From Rhizobiaceae bacterium (lineage in GTDB: Bacteria; Pseudomonadota; Alphaproteobacteria; Rhizobiales; Rhizobiaceae), in the NCBI GenBank assembly GCA_049696015.1, contig JBAVTG010000216.1, forward strand, positions 504 through 64,503: a stretch of DNA of 64,000 nucleotides. Reading direction: 5' to 3'. Under the pieces are notes generated by a model. The model did not search any database. It was given only the letters and a program-made list of their open reading frames with translations, and was not told the DNA's origin. A program made the position numbers and the translations under genes. Below are positions 8,799-17,846 of the stretch, piece by piece. Each line of letters begins with the position of its first letter. Position 1 is the first letter of the stretch.

Positions 8799-9540
8799 GC
8801 AGCTCATCCAGCGCACCATGGGCGGCGTCAAGGTGGTTGATCACCTGACGCGCCAGACGCTGCGGTCCGGTCTGCGCCTGGTATCGCAGGATCTGGTCTT
8901 CGCCCCGACCGCTTCGGGCGCGTTCCAGATTGCCAAAGCGCCGGGGTTTGCAGCCTATGCGCGGTCCTTCGACACCGTGCCCGCCGTCGCGCCACGCCAG
9001 TTTTCCTTTGAGGTGCATGACAATACGCGCAGGTTCCTGCCCATCGCCGCCAATCTCACCTTGCCCCGCGATGCGGCGCCCGACGCTGCGGCGAACCGGG
9101 TCGACACGCCCGTCGTGCTTGAATTGCCGAGCGCCGGCGGGCGGGCCGCGCAAGCTGGGTGGACGGTCATGCGCGCCACCGTCGTGCGCCCTGACGGAAC
9201 CTCCATACCAGGCGTTCTGGTGCGGGCCATGCGCGCTGGCACGGCGGAAGAGCTTGGTTGGGGGCTGACCGACCTTTTGGGCCAGGCGCTGATCCCGATC
9301 CTGGGCGTGCCGCAACTGACAGAAGTGCAGCCAGACGATGACGACAACGAGCCCGAACTGACCACCGCCATCACCAACATCAGGTTGGAGCTGGCGGTCG
9401 ATGCCAACTTGCCCTGGCCCGCTGATCCTGCCGCGCTGCGGGCAGGCGGGCCATCCATCCGCGCCCTGTCGCCGCCCGGCGATATCGCGCTCACTGCCGG
9501 GGCGCAGGCGCATCGCCGCCTGACCATGGCCAATCTATGA
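8791..9540 (+). CDS. Hypothetical CIS-locus protein
   Basis: The ORF overlaps the upstream stop by 8 nt (ATG at 8791) and is co-directional within the operon. I recognise no motif. Confidence 0.55.
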   Translation: MREQLIQRTMGGVKVVDHLTRQTLRSGLRLVSQDLVFAPTASGAFQIAKAPGFAAYARSFDTVPAVAPRQFSFEVHDNTRRFLPIAANLTLPRDAAPDAAANRVDTPVVLELPSAGGRAAQAGWTVMRATVVRPDGTSIPGVLVRAMRAGTAEELGWGLTDLLGQALIPILGVPQLTEVQPDDDDNEPELTTAITNIRLELAVDANLPWPADPAALRAGGPSIRALSPPGDIALTAGAQAHRRLTMANL

Positions 9541-9573
9541 CGCGCCCGACCGGCGCCGAGACAGGAGGACGAC

Positions 9574-11982
9574 ATGACTGAATTGCTGGCGCCCGGCGTC
9601 TATACCATTGAAACCAGTTTCCGCCCCCGTTCGATCCAGGGTGTCGGCACTTCAACGACCGCATTCGTTGGTCTGGCGCGCAGCGGGCCCGTGGGCGGCG
9701 CGCCGCAGCTGGTGACGAGCTACAGCGAGTTTGAACGCATTTACGGCGGATTGGGCGATCTTGCTGCCGCCAATCTGGCGCCGGCCGAGCCGGTCAATTA
9801 TCTCGCCCATGCCGTCAGGGCTTTCTTTGGCGAAGGCGGCGCCCGGCTTTACATCAGCCGTGTCTTTGCCGCCGTGGACGGTGTCAACACGGGCCGCGGC
9901 GCCCTTGCACTGCCAGCGGGCGCAACGGACCTGGTCTTGCGCACGCGGTTTGCAGGCACCGGTTCCAATGGCACGATTGCAGCCGATGAGACGCTGGCCC
10001 CTGTGACCACAATGGTGCGCGAGCGGGCGGCGGTCGGAACACTGGCGCGCACCAGAGGCAGCCCCGCCACGCCGGCGCGTCTGACCGCAGGCACAGCGCC
10101 GGGCGCATTGCAGGCCGGGGCAACCCTTTCAGTGGCGGTCAACGGAGCAGCGGCCGTGGTGGTGAATTTCCCCGCCACCCGCGCAACGGCGACGGCTCAG
10201 GCAGCGCCGGTATTTCCGTTGGCCTTGCCGGCAGGATCGACCTTGGCCGTTGTTGCAGACGGGTTGCGCCAACTGATCCCGCTGCCCGCAGCTGTCGCGT
10301 CGGAAGCCGCCCTTCGAAACGCGATCAACGCAACGCTGCAACGGGCGACCGCAGGGTTTGCCGGCGGCCGGCTGGTCATTGAAAGCGCGGCTGCAGGGTC
10401 CGCTGTGCGGGTTGCGGTGGAACAGTTTGACGCGGTCGGCTTCACTGCCCCGCAAACCGAAGCTGCCGGCACCGGTGTGTCGCGGCTTGACCGGATCACG
10501 GCCGCAGATGTGGCCGCGCAAATGGCAGCGGTCAATCTGAATGGCGTACGCGTGGAAACGGTCGCCGGCGGGGCGCTGTCGCTGGTCAGCACTGGCGACG
10601 GGGCAGGGCAGACTCTGGACATTGGCGCGACTGCCGCCGCAACCCGCTCTGCGCTGGGCTTTGCGCCCGGCACCACAGCAGCTGCCGGCTCTGCTGGGAC
10701 CGAAATGATCTATTTCATCCGCACTTTGCCCGCTGCGGTTGGATGGCAACGCCATCGCCGCGACACTGCGACCGGCCGCTGGCTGGCCGATGGCGCGGTC
10801 GTCGACGGTGCCGTGCTGGATGGCGGCAACGGCTTCATCGTCGGCGTCAATCTCTCGTGGACTTCCGTTGATGGCGTGCTGGTCAGCTATGAAGACATGA
10901 GCCTGGTCGAGGCCCACAACCGCTACATCGGAAAACGCCTCCGCACTGCCAAAGCCGGCGAAGCCGAACCAGTCGGCGACCCGTTGGTGTTGACGGCAAC
11001 AGGTGTCAACGGCGCGGAATTCCACGCCCGCCTGTTTGCCAATGCACAGCCAGACGCAAACAGCGTGCTGCGCCAGACCCATGTGATATCCACGGCCAAC
11101 GACGGCAGCCTGCCCGGCACAGCGGCCTGGGAAGCCGCCATCGAAACGCTCAACCGCTATGACGACATTGCCATTGTCGCTGCCCCGGGATCTTCGGCCT
11201 ACCCGGAAGGCGCGGCCGTCATGCGCCAACTGATCGGCCATGCTGAACTGTCTGGCTATCGCATTGCGGTTATCGATACGCCGCCTGCCCAGGATATGGT
11301 CGCCTTGCGGGAAACCAGGGGTCAGATCGACAGCAGCTACGCAGCCCTCTATGCGCCCTGGACGCGCATCTCAAATCCGCTGGCGCGGCCGGGCAATGAA
11401 AGCATCCCGCGCGAAATATTTGTTCCCCCGTCCGGTCACATCGCCGGGATTTACGCCCGCAACGATCAGCTTCGCGGTGTCCACAAGACCCCCGCCAACG
11501 AGGTGATCCGCTCGGCCCTGGGTTTTGAGGTGGAATATAACCAGAGCCAGCAAGGCGTTCTCAATCCCATCGGCATCAACTGCCTGCGCACCATCAAGGG
11601 GCGCGGCGCGCGGGTCTATGGCGGGCGACTTGCCACTTCGGACCGGGAGGTCGTCTACGTCTCTGACCGGCGATATCTGAACTTCGTCAAACGGTCGATC
11701 TACGAATCGATGCAGTGGGCGGTCTTCGAACCCAATGGCCCCTTCCTATGGTCGAACGTCCGTGAAGCGGTCGCCTCATTTCTCTACAATCAATGGTTCA
11801 ACGGGGCGTTGTTCGGCGCTTCCACGGACGAAGCGTATTTCGTGGTCTGCGACGGGTCAGTGATGACCCAAGCCGACCTCGATAATGGCCGAATGATCTG
11901 TGAGATCGGTCTGGCCCTGTTGAAACCCGCAGAATTCGTCGTCTTCCGCATTGGGCAGAAGACCGCCGATCAGCGCCGCTAA
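9574..11982 (+). CDS. Contractile tail sheath protein with large internal insertion
   Basis: The N-terminus LLAPGVYTIETSFRPRSIQGVGTSTTAFVGLARSGP and the C-terminal block (IAIVAAPG..., YAALYAPW..., FVPPSGHIAGIYARNDQLRGVHKTPAN, INCLRTIKGRGARVYGGRL) are classic phage/eCIS sheath. A GGAGGA RBS lies upstream. Confidence 0.9.
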   Translation: MTELLAPGVYTIETSFRPRSIQGVGTSTTAFVGLARSGPVGGAPQLVTSYSEFERIYGGLGDLAAANLAPAEPVNYLAHAVRAFFGEGGARLYISRVFAAVDGVNTGRGALALPAGATDLVLRTRFAGTGSNGTIAADETLAPVTTMVRERAAVGTLARTRGSPATPARLTAGTAPGALQAGATLSVAVNGAAAVVVNFPATRATATAQAAPVFPLALPAGSTLAVVADGLRQLIPLPAAVASEAALRNAINATLQRATAGFAGGRLVIESAAAGSAVRVAVEQFDAVGFTAPQTEAAGTGVSRLDRITAADVAAQMAAVNLNGVRVETVAGGALSLVSTGDGAGQTLDIGATAAATRSALGFAPGTTAAAGSAGTEMIYFIRTLPAAVGWQRHRRDTATGRWLADGAVVDGAVLDGGNGFIVGVNLSWTSVDGVLVSYEDMSLVEAHNRYIGKRLRTAKAGEAEPVGDPLVLTATGVNGAEFHARLFANAQPDANSVLRQTHVISTANDGSLPGTAAWEAAIETLNRYDDIAIVAAPGSSAYPEGAAVMRQLIGHAELSGYRIAVIDTPPAQDMVALRETRGQIDSSYAALYAPWTRISNPLARPGNESIPREIFVPPSGHIAGIYARNDQLRGVHKTPANEVIRSALGFEVEYNQSQQGVLNPIGINCLRTIKGRGARVYGGRLATSDREVVYVSDRRYLNFVKRSIYESMQWAVFEPNGPFLWSNVREAVASFLYNQWFNGALFGASTDEAYFVVCDGSVMTQADLDNGRMICEIGLALLKPAEFVVFRIGQKTADQRR

Positions 11983-11994
11983 CGGAGGCCCAAA

Positions 11995-12444
11995 ATGGCA
12001 CGGCAAGTTCCCTTCGGCAATTTCAACTTTCGCGTCCTTCTGGACAATGACGAGGTAATCGGCGGCTTTTCGGATGTTTCGGGTCTCTCCTCCGAAGTGA
12101 CGATCGCCGAATACCGACCCGGCAATGCGGCGGAAAACCATGTGGTCAAGATCGCCGGCGTTCACAAGTTCGAACCTGTGACGTTGAAACGCGGGATCGT
12201 GGACAGCGCCATCTTCTGGGGCTGGCTGCGGGCAACCTGGGAGACCGGGCCGCTGGCCAAACGGGAAGTGCGCATTGTGATGCTGGACGAAGCGCACAAC
12301 GATATCCAGCAGTGGAAGCTGCTGGGAGCGGTGCCGTCGAAATATACCGGACCGACATTGGCCGGGGCCGGAGGCACGGAAGTTGCCATGGAAGAATGGC
12401 AGATCGCTTACGACAAACTCGAATTCGCGCAACTCGCATCCTGA
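11995..12444 (+). CDS. Tail tube protein (T4 gp19 / Afp1-type)
   Basis: 149 aa with FGNFNFRVLLD...GGFSDVSGLSSEVTIAEYRPG...HKFEPVTLKRGIVDSAIFWGWL, the gp19-family tube signature. Confidence 0.9.
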   Translation: MARQVPFGNFNFRVLLDNDEVIGGFSDVSGLSSEVTIAEYRPGNAAENHVVKIAGVHKFEPVTLKRGIVDSAIFWGWLRATWETGPLAKREVRIVMLDEAHNDIQQWKLLGAVPSKYTGPTLAGAGGTEVAMEEWQIAYDKLEFAQLAS

Positions 12445-12458
12445 GGCGAAAGCAAGCC

Positions 12459-14198
12459 ATGCATCTGGACCGGATCATCTTTGAGGCAGAGCCCCGCGCC
12501 CGGCCGACAGGTCCGGTCCGGCTAGACAGTGTCTGCTTCCTCGGCTTTGTCGCCGAGCGGCGGCCGGTAAGGGCGGGTCCGGTTCTTACCGCCTGGCTGG
12601 ACGGGCTTGGGCTTTTGACGCGCGCCGAGCGGCTCGCGGGGCCTGAAACGCTGATCGGGCGTCCTGTGACAGTAGCTTCACTGGCCGAATATGAAATGCT
12701 GTTTGACGGCGCCACCAGGATTGACGCTGTTGCCAGTCTGACTGGAAACCCTTTGGGCGCACAGGTGCTGGCAGCTGATTTGAGCGAACCTTTGGCAATC
12801 GTGCTGGACGGCAGGCTGATCGACATTGCCTTGCCCGCCCTAGATCAGACGCCCGCGCAGATCGCAGCGGCGATCATGAACCAATGCCCTGGCCTTTCGG
12901 CATCGGTAGACCAAGACCGGCGTCTCACCCTGTCGCGGCGGGCTGAGGCTGGCGCCGGGACACTGGCAGTGCTGACCCACCCGGGACTCGGTTTTCCGAC
13001 GCTTCGCCATGCCCGCACCCGCGCAGTCGGGGCAGCGATGGATGTGGCGGTCCGGCAGTTCTTTGCCATGGGCGGGCAAGTGGCGCACATCGTTTCCATG
13101 GGGCCGCCTTTGCCGCTTCTGGCCTCAAGCGCGGACCGCGCGCAAGCGCTGGGAAGGCTTATGGGTTTGGGCACAGTGCAGCCTGCGGCGGCTGCACTGT
13201 TGATGGCAACACCAAATCCGGGGCCTGCTGACGGAGCCTTAGCCTGGCCAGGGCTCTCCATGCTGATGGCGTTTGAAGATGCGGGCATGCTGCTGATCCC
13301 GGATTTGCCTGATCTGGTGGCCGCCGAGCGCACCCCTGCGCCTGAGACGCGGGCGCCTGCGCCTCGACTTGCAGTCTTCGCCGACTGTCTGCCCGAACCA
13401 GCAATGGCGCCGCCCATGGCCCTTGCTGACATGGACCTGCCCGTGACCGATGCCGACGGCGCGGCGCTGTGGGGGGCGGCGGTGTCGCGCGCCCTGAGGC
13501 TGATTTCCGATCATAGGCGCGATATGCAGCTGTTGGCCGCGCTGCCGCGGCTGGGGCACGGCGTGGCTTCCGCCATGCCGGCATCAGCTTTTTTGACACT
13601 GGCCTCGCCTTACCTGAAAACCCCGTTTTCAAAGACCCTGCCGGGTGCGGCAATGGCGCCGGATGCGGTGCTGGCGGGCCAGTTCGCGCGGCGCCTCAAC
13701 TCGGACACTCCGTTTGCAAGTGCTGCGCTTGAACTGGTGCCGCTTGTGACCATGCCGGCGGAAACCGTCCCTGATGTCCCCGGCCATTGCCGCTTTGCCG
13801 CAGACCGCGGCGCTACGGTTCTTGTCCGCGATGTCACCACCAGCGATGACCCAGCATGGCGCAGCGGAACCGCCCAGCGCATCATTGCCCGCCTCCTTCG
13901 CGAGGCGGCGCGCCTTGGCGACGGGCTGCTGTTTGAACCAATCAGCGAAATTGTCATGCACCGGGTGATCGTCGCTTTCGAAACCGTGCTCCTTCAAATC
14001 GCGGCGGAGGGCGGTCTGTCGGCTGACGGGCGCGATCCCGGCTTTTCGGTGATCTGCGATGCCAGCACTACCCCTGCGGCGGACATCGAGCGTGGCATCC
14101 TGCGTGCAGAAGTCACATTCCGTCCGGCCGTCCCAATTGAGGAAATCCGCCTCTCGCTTCCCATCGGCCGCGGTTCCAGCACGGAGGGACGCACATGA
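12459..14198 (+). CDS. Second, divergent sheath-like protein (Afp3/4-like paralogue)
   Basis: By eye it is collinear with the sheath at 9574. DSVCFLGFVAE matches TSTTAFVGLARSG, PVTVASLAEYEMLFDG matches PQLVTSYSEFERIYGG, AVRQFFAMGGQVAHIV matches AVRAFFGEGGARLYISRV, and LLIPDLPDL matches IAIVAAPGS. ATG at 12459 was chosen; the track start 12312 overlaps the tube gene. Confidence 0.6.
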   Translation: MHLDRIIFEAEPRARPTGPVRLDSVCFLGFVAERRPVRAGPVLTAWLDGLGLLTRAERLAGPETLIGRPVTVASLAEYEMLFDGATRIDAVASLTGNPLGAQVLAADLSEPLAIVLDGRLIDIALPALDQTPAQIAAAIMNQCPGLSASVDQDRRLTLSRRAEAGAGTLAVLTHPGLGFPTLRHARTRAVGAAMDVAVRQFFAMGGQVAHIVSMGPPLPLLASSADRAQALGRLMGLGTVQPAAAALLMATPNPGPADGALAWPGLSMLMAFEDAGMLLIPDLPDLVAAERTPAPETRAPAPRLAVFADCLPEPAMAPPMALADMDLPVTDADGAALWGAAVSRALRLISDHRRDMQLLAALPRLGHGVASAMPASAFLTLASPYLKTPFSKTLPGAAMAPDAVLAGQFARRLNSDTPFASAALELVPLVTMPAETVPDVPGHCRFAADRGATVLVRDVTTSDDPAWRSGTAQRIIARLLREAARLGDGLLFEPISEIVMHRVIVAFETVLLQIAAEGGLSADGRDPGFSVICDASTTPAADIERGILRAEVTFRPAVPIEEIRLSLPIGRGSSTEGRT

Positions 14199-14671
14199 GC
14201 GACGTCGACTGGCCCGTTATCCCGTCCTTCTTTGAGGTCAAGTTCTTTCAAAACGGCCGCCGCGTGCCGATTTGCGGCGGCGCCTTTTCCGAAGTCTCCG
14301 GGCTAGAGGCGACGATGGAACCCAAGGCCATCCGCGAGGGCGGGCGCTACAATGGCGAAGTGCAGCGCGCCGGCCAGATTACCTATGCAACCGTGATCCT
14401 GAAGCGCGGTCTGACCCCCACAAGTCACCTGTGGAACTGGTTCAAGCTGCTGGCCAATGGCCATACGGCGGTGCGGATGCGGGCCGAGCTTGTGCAGTTG
14501 CGCCCGACGGCATCGGGTGGGCGCGAAGTCGCGCTGCGGTGGGTTATGCAAAATGCGCTGCCGACAAAATTCAAAGCCGCTACCTATACGTCCACCGCAG
14601 CCGAAGTGGGTATTGAGGAGCTGCATTTCGTCCACGAAGGCCTGACAATGCGTTCGGGAGCAGGCGGATGA
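14195..14671 (+). CDS. Second tail tube protein (gp19 family, Afp5-like)
   Basis: FFEVKFFQNG...GGAFSEVSGLEATMEPKAIREGGRYNGEVQRAGQITYATVILKRGLTPTSHLWNWF. ATGA overlap with the upstream gene. Confidence 0.85.
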   Translation: MSDVDWPVIPSFFEVKFFQNGRRVPICGGAFSEVSGLEATMEPKAIREGGRYNGEVQRAGQITYATVILKRGLTPTSHLWNWFKLLANGHTAVRMRAELVQLRPTASGGREVALRWVMQNALPTKFKAATYTSTAAEVGIEELHFVHEGLTMRSGAGG

Positions 14672-15897
14672 CCGCATTTGCCAAAGCCCGCCTTATCCCG
14701 CTCACCCGTCCCGACGGCAAGGAAATCAGTGTTCCGCAGCGCGATGCCGTCACGGTGATCGCTGACTTCAACCCGGAAACACTGGAAGTGTCGGCGCGGT
14801 CGCAAATCAAGGAGGACCGCGGCAAAAAGAACGACAAGAAGCCCTTGCAGGTGGTCGAGAGCAGCGAAGCCTCTTTGTCCGTCCAAATGATTTTCGACGA
14901 AACGGTTTCGGGTCATGACGTGCGGGTCAAAACCCAGCGCATTGCCGCCATGATGCGTCCGACGCCGGACAATCAGCCCGGGTATGGCGATGACGGCAAG
15001 GGCCGGGTGATGCTGCCGCAACGGGTGCAATTTGCCTGGGGCAGTTTCCTGTTTGAAGGATTGATCGTCGATTTTGCTGAAACGCTGGAGTATTTCTCCG
15101 CGTCCGGCGTGCCGCTGCGCGCGACTGTGAAGCTGACGATCACCGATCAGCGCCCCACATTTGCCGCCAAACCGGCAGGCGCCTCCTCAAACCGCCAGGC
15201 GGCCATGAACGTGCCGGCAGACAGCCCGGTGCCGCGCGGTTCAGACCCTGTGGGCAGCCAGCAGCTGGCGCAGGCCAACGGCGTTGAAAATCTGCGCCAG
15301 CCGGAAACCGGCACATTGTTTACGCCAGCCGGCGGCGGGGCGGGCTCAAACTTCATCCGCGGCGCCCTTGGTTCGGCTGGCAGCAGCGGCACCGCAGGTT
15401 TTGGCGCAGGAGCGGGAGCGGGCGGCAAATTCGGCCTGTCGGCAGCGGCAGTGGCCAGCGGCAAGGCCGGCCTGTCTTTGGGCGCGGGACTGTCGGCAGG
15501 GGCCGGCATCTCCGCAGGCGCAGGAGGCGGCGTCAGTCTTGGGGCAGGCATTGGCGCCGGAGCTGGATCTGGAGTTGGCATTGGCGTTGGCGTTGGCGGC
15601 CCATTCGGCCTCTCGGCGAGCGCCGGCGCAAAAACCAGCGCCATACGCGTCGCCGGCATCAAGTTGCAGGCGGGCAGCTCTGCCGATCTTGGTTTGGGGC
15701 TGTCAGCATTTTCAGGTTTGAAGCCGCCCAAGCTGCCGAGCGGCAGCGCCGGGCTCGGCGCGGCCTTCGGCGCGTCCGCCTCCGCCGGAATTTCGCTCTC
15801 CGCCCGTGCGGGGGCGTCGGCGGGCGGCGGCTTGTCGGCCACAGCAGAAGTCGGCGGCAATCTCGATCTTTCCGCAATCCTTTTTGAGGGAGACTGA
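14668..15897 (+). CDS. Tube-initiator-like protein (CIS tube N-terminal domain, Afp7/Pvc7-like) with Gly/Ala/Ser-rich C-terminal tail
   Basis: The N-terminal 170 aa carry the tube-like pattern ADFNPETLEVS..., LSVQMIFDET..DVRVKTQRI, PQRVQFAWGSFLFEGLIVDFAETLEYFSASGVPLRATVKLTI. The remaining roughly 200 aa are low-complexity (GAGAGAGGKFGLSAAAVASGKAGLSLGAGLSAGAGISAGAGGGVSLGAGIGAGAGSGVGIGVGVGG...). Confidence 0.65.
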   Translation: MTAFAKARLIPLTRPDGKEISVPQRDAVTVIADFNPETLEVSARSQIKEDRGKKNDKKPLQVVESSEASLSVQMIFDETVSGHDVRVKTQRIAAMMRPTPDNQPGYGDDGKGRVMLPQRVQFAWGSFLFEGLIVDFAETLEYFSASGVPLRATVKLTITDQRPTFAAKPAGASSNRQAAMNVPADSPVPRGSDPVGSQQLAQANGVENLRQPETGTLFTPAGGGAGSNFIRGALGSAGSSGTAGFGAGAGAGGKFGLSAAAVASGKAGLSLGAGLSAGAGISAGAGGGVSLGAGIGAGAGSGVGIGVGVGGPFGLSASAGAKTSAIRVAGIKLQAGSSADLGLGLSAFSGLKPPKLPSGSAGLGAAFGASASAGISLSARAGASAGGGLSATAEVGGNLDLSAILFEGD

Positions 15898-15900
15898 AAC

Positions 15901-16062
15901 ATGTCGATCCAGTTTGAAGACGTCACCGCGCAGATCGAATCCCCGCCACCCGCGCCCGCCCGCCGCACGGCGGCGCCGGAGCCCGACGAGAACCAGTTGC
16001 GAAGCCTGATCCAGGCAGAGACAAAACGCGCACTGTGGCGCGAGTTGCGGACCAAACCGTGA
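15901..16062 (+). CDS. Small ORF (53 aa) between tube-initiator and hub genes
   Basis: Not in the ORF track because it is under 60 aa. ATG at 15901 is preceded by GAGGGAG, and it exactly fills the gap between the stop at 15897 and the next start at 16078. Translation: MSIQFEDVTAQIESPPPAPARRTAAPEPDENQLRSLIQAETKRALWRELRTKP. Confidence 0.45.
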   Translation: MSIQFEDVTAQIESPPPAPARRTAAPEPDENQLRSLIQAETKRALWRELRTKP

Positions 16063-16077
16063 AAAAGGGGATCCGCC

Positions 16078-17178
16078 ATGCTTGACCGCGTCATATCATC
16101 CCGGCCTTACATTGAGGTCGACGGCGATCAGCCGGAGCTGATGAACGCGCTTTTGACCGGCTTCACCATGACCGAAACGCTGTGCGGTCCGGTGCAGGTG
16201 GAACTGCGGCTGTCAAATGCCGCCCACCATGCCGGCGCAGGCGCTGCCTTCGCTTTTGAATTCACCGAAACCGAGACGCTGCCTCTGGGAAAGGCATTCC
16301 GTGTTCTCTTCCCCAGTCTTGACCCCGCAGCCGAAGACCGCACGCCACGGGAGATTTTTGCCGGCCGCGTCTCGGCGCTGGAGTTTGTTTCGGGCGAAGA
16401 CGGACAGCCGGAACTTTGGGTGCAGGGCGAAGACGCACTGATGGCGTGGCGGATGCGGCGCCGGACGCGTGTGTTCGATCAGGATACGGTGGCGGCGATG
16501 CTGACGTCGCTTGCGGCAGGGGATGCGCTGGCAAGGCCGGTCATCGATTATCTGAACGACCCCACACCGCACCGGCATCAGGTCAACGAAAGCGATCTTG
16601 CCTTTCTGCAGCGCCTGCTGGCAGATCACGACGCAGTGGCGCAAGTTGTGGACGGCACCCTGCAGATCGGCCCGCGTGCCGACCTGCACCGGGGCGACAT
16701 CACTCTGGAACTGGGGCTGACCCTGATTTCGGTGCAGGCCACTGCCGATTTGGCGCACCAGCGCAGCCGTGTCAGCCTGTCCGGCTGGGACGGGATCGAC
16801 GGCGAGGCGTTCCGCGCCGAAATGACCACGGCGGCGCTTGGCCCGGGCCAAGGCCGCGCCGGCATGGAATATCTGGAGCCGTTCGGCAACACCGCCGAAC
16901 ATCTGGCTGGCGCCGGGGTGCCTGACCAGACCACTGGCGACGTGCTGATCAACGCCCACGGCGCAGCCCGCGCCCGCCGCTTTGTGGTGGCTCGCGGAGA
17001 GGCAATCGGCAATCCGGCGCTGCGGGTCGGCGCCCACTTGACGCTGGAAGGCATCGGGGCGCGGTTTTCAAATACCTATCAGGTGGTTTCCACCTGCCAT
17101 CGGTTCGATACGCGCGCCGGCTACATCACGGAATTCGAAGCCGAATGCGCCTATTTCAATGGCGAGGCAGCGACATGA
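16078..17178 (+). CDS. Baseplate hub protein (phage late control gpD / VgrG N-terminal-like)
   Basis: SRPYIEVDGDQPELMNALLTGFTMTETLCGPVQVELRLSN is a typical gpD-family N-terminus. The size (366 aa) and the position immediately before the spike gene also fit. Confidence 0.7.
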   Translation: MLDRVISSRPYIEVDGDQPELMNALLTGFTMTETLCGPVQVELRLSNAAHHAGAGAAFAFEFTETETLPLGKAFRVLFPSLDPAAEDRTPREIFAGRVSALEFVSGEDGQPELWVQGEDALMAWRMRRRTRVFDQDTVAAMLTSLAAGDALARPVIDYLNDPTPHRHQVNESDLAFLQRLLADHDAVAQVVDGTLQIGPRADLHRGDITLELGLTLISVQATADLAHQRSRVSLSGWDGIDGEAFRAEMTTAALGPGQGRAGMEYLEPFGNTAEHLAGAGVPDQTTGDVLINAHGAARARRFVVARGEAIGNPALRVGAHLTLEGIGARFSNTYQVVSTCHRFDTRAGYITEFEAECAYFNGEAAT

Positions 17179-17846
17179 ACTTCGAACTTATGCCCTCACT
17201 ATTCACACCCCGGCACGGCTTGATCCTGGCCGAAGTCCAATCGGTTTCGGACCCCGAAGGCCTTGCCCGGGTGGAGGTGGTGTTTCCGCTCGATACGGAG
17301 GATGCACAAACCACTGCGTGGGCAGTCGTCGCCATGCCATTTGCGGGCAGCAATTACGGCGCATTTTTCGTGCCTAATGTGGGCGACGTCGTGGTGCTGG
17401 CATTTCTGGGCCATGATGCACGCAGCCCTGTTGTGCTGGGCTCGGTTTATCATGGCAGGGCGGACCCAACCGAAAGCTTGCCCGGATCAACAGTGGACCG
17501 CTGGGTGCTGACGGGGCGCGCCGGCACCCGTATTGCCATCGTCGAGGAGAGCGCGGCCACAATCGAGCTGGTGACGCCCGGCGGCGCATCGGTCACCGTC
17601 TCTGATGATGGCGGCGGCACCATCACGGCCAAGACCGGCGGCAGCACTGTCACCCTGACACCCTCGGAAGTATCGATCAAATCCGCCAAGATCGCATTGG
17701 AAGCCGCACAGATCACGATGTCGGCAGGCATGGTCAAAGTTGATGCGGGGATCGCGATGTTTTCGAGCGTGGTGACTGCCAATGTCATGCAGACCACCAC
17801 GATGATTGCCGCAACCTATACTCCAGGCGCGGGGAACATCCTGTGA
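17175..17846 (+). CDS. Central spike protein (gpV / gp5 OB-fold plus beta-helical needle)
   Basis: GLILAEVQSVSDPEGLARVEVVFPLD...AWAVVAMPFAGSNYGAFFVPNVGDVVVLAFLGHDARSPVVLGSVYHG is the gpV/gp5 OB-fold. The C-terminal repeats (VTVSDDGGGTITAKTGGSTVTLTPSEVSIKSAKIALEA...) end in YTPGAGNIL. ATGA overlap at 17175. Confidence 0.8.
   Translation: MNFELMPSLFTPRHGLILAEVQSVSDPEGLARVEVVFPLDTEDAQTTAWAVVAMPFAGSNYGAFFVPNVGDVVVLAFLGHDARSPVVLGSVYHGRADPTESLPGSTVDRWVLTGRAGTRIAIVEESAATIELVTPGGASVTVSDDGGGTITAKTGGSTVTLTPSEVSIKSAKIALEAAQITMSAGMVKVDAGIAMFSSVVTANVMQTTTMIAATYTPGAGNIL

Noticed and set aside
10129-11241. 370-aa minus-strand ORF inside the sheath gene, plus many similar long antisense ORFs inside CIS genes (for example 19360..20199, 19826..20848, 36699..37841, 40719..41984, 42281..43192)
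   Set aside because: All are antisense to ORFs with strong family signatures or tight operon coupling. Their products are Arg/Gly/Pro-rich low-complexity sequence. This is the expected artefact of about 65 percent GC DNA.
15390-15860. Highly repetitive GGCGC(A/C)GG-type DNA that at first glance looked like a tandem-repeat or CRISPR-like array
   Set aside because: There is no regular repeat-spacer periodicity. It is in frame within the 14668..15897 ORF and simply encodes the Gly/Ala/Ser-rich tail.
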